DNA of 64,000 nucleotides from a virus (Duplodnaviria; Heunggongvirae; Uroviricota; Caudoviricetes): IMG/VR virus record IMGVR_UViG_2721755662_000004; one strand, 5' to 3'. Shown piece by piece: positions 57,502 to 64,000 of this stretch (position 1 is its first letter; each line of letters starts with the position of its first letter). The notes under the pieces were generated by a model. It saw only the letters and a program-made list of their open reading frames with translations, ran no database searches and was not told where the DNA came from. The position numbers and the translations under genes were made by a program.

Positions 57502-58184
57502 TGGTTGCCTCCTTTGCGAAGCTGGGCAGCAAAGTCAACTAACCACTCAGTCATTTCAACCTTCCCTACCAGGTCTGAACCAGGGTGCATACAGCAATCA
57601 CTCTGCGCCGCTTTGAAATCCTTATACTCATATTCTTGGGCCACCAGATTTTTTGCAGCTTCTATAGCAGCATCCACCCCCTGCGCCCGGACTTCAGCCA
57701 GGAAAGCATCAGTGGTTGGCGTTTCAGGTATCTGTCTCCTCATCCGTTCTATTGCATGATTGAACCCGAAGTCTTCCGCGAGAGATACGTCATCCATATT
57801 GTCATTGTCATCCTCAATATCCCGTGATTTTGGAATTGCAGACTTTATTCCCGCATTCTCAGCAGCCAGCGCCGCGCACTTGGCCTCAAGAGCGGCAACC
57901 ACTTCCTGATGGTCTTTGTACTTAACGTATGAGCCGGAGATGTCATCACCTTCGGTGTTTAGCCATGCGTCATTGCAATTCACTGCGTAGGTTCTGATGC
58001 TCATGTTGATGCTCTCCCGCCCCTGACAGATGCCAGGCCAGTCAATAAAGTATCCGCAATGCCTACCCTCAGACGTGCGCGCAGGATAAATGCCGTTATG
58101 ACCCGGCAAAATATATGCTACCCATTCATCTTGCGTTGCCTGTTCCGCCGCCTCGCGCAGTGCCTGATAGTCAATCTTGCTCAC
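57498..58184 (-). CDS. Ea22-like early protein (paralog)
   Basis: 228 aa; N-terminus MSKIDYQALREAAEQA. Confidence 0.55.
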   Translation of the reverse strand: MSKIDYQALREAAEQATQDEWVAYILPGHNGIYPARTSEGRHCGYFIDWPGICQGRESINMSIRTYAVNCNDAWLNTEGDDISGSYVKYKDHQEVVAALEAKCAALAAENAGIKSAIPKSRDIEDDNDNMDDVSLAEDFGFNHAIERMRRQIPETPTTDAFLAEVRAQGVDAAIEAAKNLVAQEYEYKDFKAAQSDCCMHPGSDLVGKVEMTEWLVDFAAQLRKGGNQ

Positions 58185-58485
58185 TGGCAGCCTCCTTTGC
58201 CGGGATTTCTAACTTTTGAGTGGTTGTATCAAACTCAAACAACTTAACCACGTCATCAAACAGAACATAATCGCCATCAGAATCTTCAGTCATGTCAGCG
58301 CCACAATCCTGACCGAACGAGTCACAACAATCCATATCAAGCTCGTATCGCTTCAGGTTTGCGATATTTGATAAATTCAGCGCCAGTACAGCCAGGTCAT
58401 AAACCTCTTCGGCAGTGACATCGCTGTTCAGTCCCATTTCATGGCGATATATGATTTTTTCTACACGTTGTTTTGTGATCGTCAT
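58171..58485 (-). CDS. Hypothetical acidic protein
   Basis: Internal start MTITKQRVEKIIYRHEMGL... Confidence 0.4.
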   Translation of the reverse strand: MTITKQRVEKIIYRHEMGLNSDVTAEEVYDLAVLALNLSNIANLKRYELDMDCCDSFGQDCGADMTEDSDGDYVLFDDVVKLFEFDTTTQKLEIPAKEAASEQD

Positions 58486-58756
58486 TTTTCTCTTCACTCC
58501 GATATACAAGGATTACTACGCCCCCTCTGCTGATTGCGCGAGCTGGATCCCCTGGTTCCATGCTGTCAATCCCGAAGGCTTCGAAAAATGCATCCATTGC
58601 CTTCTGGCGTTGCTCCTGCTTACGGCGTTTATTCCATTTTTTCATGAACAACAGTGACAGCCATCGTCCGCTGCAGAACATGATGTAGAAATAACCAAGG
58701 AGCGCCAGGCCGGTGTTCAGGGCTGTATCGATCGTTATCGTGGTGTTGATGTTCAC
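58439..58756 (-). CDS. Hypothetical membrane protein
   Basis: 105-aa ORF with hydrophobic segment; 3' end overlaps next gene. Confidence 0.35.
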   Translation of the reverse strand: MNINTTITIDTALNTGLALLGYFYIMFCSGRWLSLLFMKKWNKRRKQEQRQKAMDAFFEAFGIDSMEPGDPARAISRGGVVILVYRSEEKNDDHKTTCRKNHISP

Positions 58757-58974
58757 TTCACACCTCTCTGTTTGTTGATAAGTTCAATATCCTGCTGGCA
58801 ACTGGCGCAAGCTCGGCATCCACGAACAGCCAGGCGTCGCCGCTCATCTATCGGATCGCCACACTCGCAACAATGAGTAGCAGATGGGGCATTACTATCG
58901 GATTTGTATTTTTGCAGGGAGAGATTGCGCTGCAATTCTTCGATTTCAGCGGCATTGTCGATGATATCTGCCAT
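58753..58974 (-). CDS. TraR/DksA-family C4 zinc-finger protein
   Basis: 73 aa; CCECGDPIDERRRLAVRGCRACASCQ four-Cys motif. Confidence 0.8.
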   Translation of the reverse strand: MADIIDNAAEIEELQRNLSLQKYKSDSNAPSATHCCECGDPIDERRRLAVRGCRACASCQQDIELINKQRGVK

Positions 58975-58994
58975 TTTCCTTTCCTTCAGGCATG

Positions 58995-59014
58995 AAAAAA
59001 GGAGCCGAAGCTCC
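58995..59014 (-). terminator. Intrinsic terminator after ant gene (minus strand)
   Basis: GGAGC-loop-GCTCC with T6 on minus strand. Confidence 0.6.
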
Positions 59015-59021
59015 TTTGGTT

Positions 59022-59654
59022 TCAGAATTCAAATTGTCTTGCTCTTAGTTGCGCCAGCATACTTCTGGCCCTGTGCACCGTATAGTTGGCGGGATCAAGT
59101 TTTGCTGCTTCGCGGAGCAATGTGTCGCGAGTCCGGTTGGTTATATGACGAGTTTCGTAGGCCAGATCAAACAGCTTTCCATAGTAATCAGAGTTCAGTT
59201 CTCTCATGACGGGGTATAGCTGTTTACTGAGTTGTTGTGCTTTTTCCATCCAGAGTTGAACGTAGCAGAGCAGGATGATGTCTTCTGCTGTGAATTGAGG
59301 CTGAATATGAGGTTGTGGCGGTATAGCGCTTTTTTCAGCTTCACGGTCCAGAATATCCAATACCCAGCGACGAAACTCTTTTGCTATTGGAGTTCGAGCA
59401 AACATCGCTATTAGGTGAGCGCCGCGTAATGAGAAGATGCGAGTCTCTTGCTTGTCCCCTTTAGGATCGGTCAATTTGACCGAGGCTGTCATACCGTTTG
59501 TGAATTCATCTGCGTGACGGGCATAGATGCGTGTTACCGAGCTTTGATCTGCATATTGTAACGCGCTGGCTATTTGGGGGGCAGACAACCACAGTAGACC
59601 ATCTCGTTGAACGGTCTGGAATTGAACATTGTGGAATACAAGTTGAGTGCTCAT
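59022..59654 (-). CDS. Antirepressor (Bro-N-like N-terminal domain plus ANT-like C-terminal domain)
   Basis: 210 aa; MSTQLVFHNVQFQTVQRDGLLWLSAPQIASALQY; C-terminus related to other ant paralogs. Confidence 0.7.
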   Translation of the reverse strand: MSTQLVFHNVQFQTVQRDGLLWLSAPQIASALQYADQSSVTRIYARHADEFTNGMTASVKLTDPKGDKQETRIFSLRGAHLIAMFARTPIAKEFRRWVLDILDREAEKSAIPPQPHIQPQFTAEDIILLCYVQLWMEKAQQLSKQLYPVMRELNSDYYGKLFDLAYETRHITNRTRDTLLREAAKLDPANYTVHRARSMLAQLRARQFEF

Positions 59655-59908
59655 AGTTTTATGTCCTTTCGATTCGTTCAGATCACCCCGTGTTCAGCAG
59701 GGCGGTCGGGTACTTGAACACCGTCGAAAGTTCGGCCCGCATCCTTAGCCTTACGGCTGTTTTTCGGTATACGCGCTACCCGACCATATCTGAAAAATGG
59801 ACATAAAAAATCCGCATGACTGACGGGCGCGGTTTCCGCTTTCGAAGGTGTGTTCAGCACCATGGAGCGGAATATATCCCCGTTAATGCGGATTTGTCAA
59901 ATCTGGCC
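59655..59908 (-). promoter_or_regulatory. Structured leader C with internal hairpin plus T-run
   Basis: Minus strand: GGATTTGTCAAATC-like box, then hairpin plus TTTTTTATG, then about 150 nt to ant start. Confidence 0.3.
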
Positions 59909-60538
59909 TTAAAACTCGAATTGTCTTGCCCGCAGGCTTTTCAGCATTGGCATGGCCCGCTGGATAACGGAACTTGACATGTCGAGACGTGTTACCTCCC
60001 TCAGTAGCGCGTCTCTGTTCTTCGTCACCATGTAGATGGTCTCAAACGCAATGTCATACAGCTTGTTCGTGTATGAGGAGTTCAGCTCTTTCATAATGGG
60101 ATACAGGTGTTTGCTGATGTCCTGGGCTTTTTCCATCCAGAGCTGCATGTAGCAAAGGAGGATGATTTCCTCGGCTGTGAATTGCGGCTGTGGTTCTGCT
60201 TGTACTGGCTGAATGTTGCGAAGTTTCTTTTCGCACTCGATGAAGTAGCGGCGTATCTGGCGGCCTTTTTCGTTACGTTCAACCATCGCAAGCTCTTTGG
60301 CTGTGTCGAGGGTGAGGTGGTAATCCTTGCGGCGGCGGCCTGGAGTTTTCGCCAAATTTGGCGAAAATAGAATGTAGTCTAAATTTTCTACGAATCCATA
60401 CTCGTTTAGCCTGGCCCGTATCCAGTTAGAAAAATCTTTACCTACCTCTAAAAATCCATGCAAATCACGCGCGTTCACCAGAAGCGTAGGTTCATTTGAG
60501 ATTGTACCTTCAAACACAGGGATGAGTTGAGTGGTCAT
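59909..60538 (-). CDS. AntA/AntB-type antirepressor
   Basis: Start MTTQLIPVFEGTISNEPTLLVNARDLHGFLEV with AAGGAGG SD; C-terminal 98 aa identical to 15794..16459 product. Confidence 0.75.
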   Translation of the reverse strand: MTTQLIPVFEGTISNEPTLLVNARDLHGFLEVGKDFSNWIRARLNEYGFVENLDYILFSPNLAKTPGRRRKDYHLTLDTAKELAMVERNEKGRQIRRYFIECEKKLRNIQPVQAEPQPQFTAEEIILLCYMQLWMEKAQDISKHLYPIMKELNSSYTNKLYDIAFETIYMVTKNRDALLREVTRLDMSSSVIQRAMPMLKSLRARQFEF

Positions 60539-60787
60539 GATGACCTCCTTTGGCTTTTTTCGAGAAATGCCACCACAAGATGTGGTGCCGGGAGGCTCGA
60601 AACGGCCCAAAAGATACCGCGGACTTATTCCCCTTGCGGGTGTTGTATTCGTCGCCCTCCCGACATTGATCGGGGATGTGACCGCACACTGTGCTATCAC
60701 TGAATAACAGGCATAAAAAATCCAACACTGACGGGGTTGGTTTAATCCGCTTTTGGGAGGTTTTCGAGGCCTCGGCGCGGAGTATAG
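60539..60787 (-). promoter_or_regulatory. Structured leader D with internal hairpin plus T-run
   Basis: CCAAC...GTTGG hairpin followed by ATTTTTTATG on minus strand. Confidence 0.3.
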
Positions 60788-61072
60788 TCAGTATTGGACG
60801 CAGTCGTCAACCATCGCAAGCTCTTTGGCTGTGTCGAGGGTGAGGTGGTATTCCTTGCGGTTGTGACCGCCTCTACCTTTTGCTTGCCAATTTTGGCAAG
60901 CAATCACAAAATCTTGATTTTCAACGAATCCATATTCACCCAGCCTGTCCTTGATCCAGTGAGCAAACATTTTACCAATACCAAGAAAAGCGTGCAGATT
61001 GCGAGCATTGCAAAGTAAAACTGGTTCGTTGTTGATGGTTCCATCGAAAACGGGAATGAGTTGATTAGTCAT
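60788..61072 (-). pseudogene. Truncated AntA N-terminal domain copy
   Basis: MTNQLIPVFDGTINNEPVLLCNARNLHAFL... ends after KELAMV where the full-length paralog continues. Confidence 0.5.
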
Positions 61073-61330
61073 AATTATGACTCCTGACGTTTTAGTATTG
61101 ACTGCCACCTTAGTGGGGGGGGGCGGGCTTCAACTACCGCGTCAGACGGCGGAGCGTATTTCCCGAAAGGGTATTGTATTAGGCTCTCTCGACCCGCCAT
61201 TGATATGGCGATACCTGTAAACAGGCATAAAAAAGCCGCAAAGCTATCGGGTGCGGTTGACCGCTGACGTTGTAGTGCGGTCAGTATGCGATAGCTCTGG
61301 CGGATTTGTCAAATCGTGCAGTAACATCCT
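61073..61330 (-). promoter_or_regulatory. Structured leader E with internal hairpin plus T-run; contains G9 homopolymer
   Basis: ATTTGACAAATCC box and hairpin plus TTTTTTATG shared with leaders C and D. Confidence 0.3.
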
Positions 61331-61482
61331 TTTCTTCCTTGCCATTTCTCAATGATGACAAAGGGTGGATTCGGATTGGTATTGGGACAAAAGTGAGACA
61401 CACAAAGCTTTGCATCGGCTTACAAAGCTTTGCATGTTTTTCAATGTTGGGACGTGTGAGCGCAGAAATGACGGGCTATCTA

Positions 61483-61593
61483 ATTGATTTTAAACGATAC
61501 GTAACCAACTTTAAAATCTTTGCACGCCAGTTCGCAGGTTTTACAGCCAGTACAGCGGCTGGAATCGATAAAAAATCCATATTGTGTGGTCAT
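61483..61593 (-). pseudogene. ynfG: 5' remnant of ynfG (DMSO reductase-paralog Fe-S subunit) truncated by prophage junction
   Basis: MTTQYGFFIDSSRCTGCKTCELACKD then divergence and stop; lies directly downstream of ynfF. Confidence 0.75.
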
Positions 61594-61603
61594 GGGCTAC
61601 TCC

Positions 61604-64000
61604 TTAAACCTTTTCGATCTGGACAAGATTGCTGTGCGACGGGTTTCCCTTTGCCAGCGGTGAAGGGCGGTGAGAGGTCAGAATATTGATACTGCCGCCG
61701 TGATCGACCCGGTCACCAAACATATCCGCTTTAAGCCACGCACCTTGCCCGATGGCGGTAACGCCAGGCAGAATACGCGGAGTCACTTTTGCGGCAATCA
61801 GCATTTCTCCATTATTGTTAAATACCCGCACGGTATCGCCATGACGGATACCGCGAGCCTGAGCATCAATGGGGTTGATCCACACCTCTTGTGGGCAGGC
61901 CTGCTGTAACACATCAATATTGCCGTAGCTGGAGTGGGTACGCGCCTTGTAGTGGAAGCCCGTTAACTGCAGTGGATAGGTTTTCCGCAGGGGATCGTCC
62001 CAGCCATCAAAACCTGGCGTATAAGCTGGAAGGGGATGAATAATTTCATCTTTTTTCAATTCCCAGGTATCCGCAATCTTCGCCAGTCGTTCAGAATAAA
62101 TTTCGATTTTCCCCGAAGGTGTTTTCAACGGGTTTGCCTGGGGATCTTCACGGAATGCGCGGAAAGCGACGTAGTGTTCTTCCGGGCATTTTTTCTTAAA
62201 GATCCCGGTCGTTTTCATCTCCTCGTAGTCGGGCATCTCAGGGTTACGTTCCTTCGTTTTCGCATGGAGATATTTGATCCATTCATGCTGACTGCGACCT
62301 TCAGTAAAGGTTTGATAAACGTCTGGTCCTAAGCGTTTGGCGACTTCACTCAGCATCCAGTAGATGGGTTTGCGTTCAAATTTTGCAGAGGTTGCGGGTT
62401 GGGCGAGGATCACATAGCCCATATTCCCTGCAGATTCATGAGAGATAAGGTCTTCTTGCTCTGTTGGCATCAGGTCGGGCAACAGGATATCGCAATACTT
62501 AGCCGAGGCCGTCATGAAGTGGTCAATGCCAACAATCATCTCGCACTTGCTGTCATCCTGAAGCACCTCATGGGTGTGATTGATGTCGCCATGTTGATTG
62601 ATCAATGTGTTACTGGCGTAGCACCATAAAAACTTGATGGGGACATCCAGTTTTTCTTTTCCACGAACACCATCACGGGTCGCGGTCATTTCCTTACCAT
62701 GGTCGATGGCATCTGTCCATGTAAAGACGGAAATCTGCGTTTTAACAGGGTTCTCAAGCATCGGGAACCATTCTACCCCCAGATCCCAGCTACCTTCGCG
62801 TACACCTGAGTTGCCGCCGTTTATGCCGACGTTACCGGTGAGAACGGAAAGCATGGCAATAGCGCGGGACGTTTGCTCGCCGTTGGAATGTCGTTGTGGC
62901 CCCCAACCCTGACAAATATAAGCAGGTTTTGCTGAACCGATCTCTCGTGCCAACTGGATAATTTTTTCTGCCGGGATGCTGGTGATTTTTGCTGCCCATT
63001 CCGGCGTTTTAGCTATGCCGTCAGGCCCTTCGCCCAGAATATAGGCTTTATAATGCGCGTTACGTGGTGCGTTGGCGGGCAGAGTTTTTTCATCGTAACC
63101 AACACAATATTTGTCGAGAAATGGCTGATCGACCATGTTTTCAGTAATCAGTACCCAGGCAATCGCACAGGCCAGTGCGCCATCGGTGCCTGGGCGAATG
63201 GGCAGCCATTCATCTTCACGCCCGGCAGCTGTGTCGTTATAACGTGGATCGATGACGATCATGCGTGCGTTTGAACGTTCGCGGGCTTGCTCGACGTAGT
63301 AAGTGACACCACCGCCGCTCATCCGCGTTTCTGCCGGGTTATTTCCGAACATAACGACCAGTTTCGTATTGGCGATATCATCCGGGCTGTTGCCATCATT
63401 GGCACCGAACATATAACTCATTGCGGCACTGATCTGTGCGGTACTGTAGCTGCCATAGCGACTGAGAAAACCACCGCAAGAGTTCATCAGACGGTACGGG
63501 ACGTTTGAGTTGGTGATGTTTCCGCCATCTACGCCTGTTCCGTACAGGACATGTACAGCCTCATTGCCGTAATCTTTTAGGATCCGCCGAAGATTATCAC
63601 TGATGGTATCCAGGGCTTCGTCCCAACTTATCCGTTCAAATTTACCTTCACCGCGCTTGCCGACGCGCTTCATGGGATATTTCAACCTATCAGGATGATT
63701 CATCCGTCGGCGGATAGAGCGCCCGCGTAAACACGCGCGAACCTGATGATTACCGTAGACGTCGTCACCTGTCGTATCAGACTCCACCCAGTACACGGTG
63801 TCATCTTTCACATGCAAACGTAACAGACAGCGGCTCCCGCAGTTAACGGTGCAGGAACTCCAGACCGCTTTCTCTTCTACCGGAGCCTCTGCCGCCCGGA
63901 CCATTTGAGAAAATGGCAGAGTGAAAGCACTGCTTGCCAGCGCAAGACTGCCAAGTGCGGAGGTTTTCATCAGACTTCTACGGCTGATTTCAGCCTTCAT
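61604..64000 (-). CDS. ynfF: Molybdopterin oxidoreductase YnfF (DmsA paralog), partial; N-terminus beyond window end
   Basis: 798 aa in window; Tat-like motif SRRSLMK, 4Fe-4S CTVNCGSRC, full-length DmsA-family collinearity. Confidence 0.9.
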   Translation of the reverse strand: MKAEISRRSLMKTSALGSLALASSAFTLPFSQMVRAAEAPVEEKAVWSSCTVNCGSRCLLRLHVKDDTVYWVESDTTGDDVYGNHQVRACLRGRSIRRRMNHPDRLKYPMKRVGKRGEGKFERISWDEALDTISDNLRRILKDYGNEAVHVLYGTGVDGGNITNSNVPYRLMNSCGGFLSRYGSYSTAQISAAMSYMFGANDGNSPDDIANTKLVVMFGNNPAETRMSGGGVTYYVEQARERSNARMIVIDPRYNDTAAGREDEWLPIRPGTDGALACAIAWVLITENMVDQPFLDKYCVGYDEKTLPANAPRNAHYKAYILGEGPDGIAKTPEWAAKITSIPAEKIIQLAREIGSAKPAYICQGWGPQRHSNGEQTSRAIAMLSVLTGNVGINGGNSGVREGSWDLGVEWFPMLENPVKTQISVFTWTDAIDHGKEMTATRDGVRGKEKLDVPIKFLWCYASNTLINQHGDINHTHEVLQDDSKCEMIVGIDHFMTASAKYCDILLPDLMPTEQEDLISHESAGNMGYVILAQPATSAKFERKPIYWMLSEVAKRLGPDVYQTFTEGRSQHEWIKYLHAKTKERNPEMPDYEEMKTTGIFKKKCPEEHYVAFRAFREDPQANPLKTPSGKIEIYSERLAKIADTWELKKDEIIHPLPAYTPGFDGWDDPLRKTYPLQLTGFHYKARTHSSYGNIDVLQQACPQEVWINPIDAQARGIRHGDTVRVFNNNGEMLIAAKVTPRILPGVTAIGQGAWLKADMFGDRVDHGGSINILTSHRPSPLAKGNPSHSNLVQIEKV

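Larger units (their letters stand above)
1..61515. mobile_element. Lambdoid prophage (933W-like architecture, stx-negative); left end beyond window, right junction within ynfG
   Basis: Contiguous phage gene order int-xis-exo-bet-gam-N-cI-cro-cII-replication-nin-Q-lysis-terminase-portal-capsid-tail-accessory arm; host ynfG frame breaks near 61515. Confidence 0.85.

Noticed and set aside
61306-61689. 127-aa plus-strand ORF spanning the ynfG remnant and ynfF 3' end
   Set aside because: Antisense to the recognisable ynfG start and ynfF C-terminus; no SD; considered spurious

Overview
The window is almost entirely one lambdoid prophage of about 61.5 kb with a 933W/Stx-phage-like layout but no stx genes. 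Its integrase end runs off the left edge and its right junction lies inside host ynfG (about 61.5 kb), leaving a 5' ynfG remnant next to partial ynfF (61.6-64.0 kb). Left to right: int (partial) and xis; Red genes exo, bet, gam; a 690-aa acidic protein in the kil/cIII slot; AT-rich accessory ORFs; phage-21-type N with nutL; cI/cro with ATAAC-N4-GTTAT operators; cII; iteron-bearing replication initiator plus DnaC-like loader; a nin region with toxin-antitoxin modules (HokD-type, Doc-type, frameshifted HigB-2/Gp49-like with HTH antitoxin), antirepressors, NinB, NinE, YbcO, RusA, NinH and Q; a NanS-p-like esterase where stx would sit; lysis cassette (holin, SAR-type endolysin, Rz/Rz1); an Ais-like phosphatase moron; terminase, portal, scaffold, capsid; collagen-like tail fibre; a small Cor-like lipoprotein; Lom; a second Hok-family toxin; a 2784-aa giant protein; and a leftward accessory arm (DUF551, Ea22-like pair, TraR-like, three ant-type genes). 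The most notable unexplained signals are a conserved roughly 250-nt leader with an internal intrinsic terminator upstream of five antirepressor genes, the uncharacterised 690-aa acidic Cys-motif protein, and the density of toxin modules including a frameshifted toxin with intact antitoxin. All calls come from reading the sequence and recalled family knowledge; no searches were run. ORF-table coordinates are exact; coordinates of short motifs, terminators and small ORFs are approximate to a few bases.
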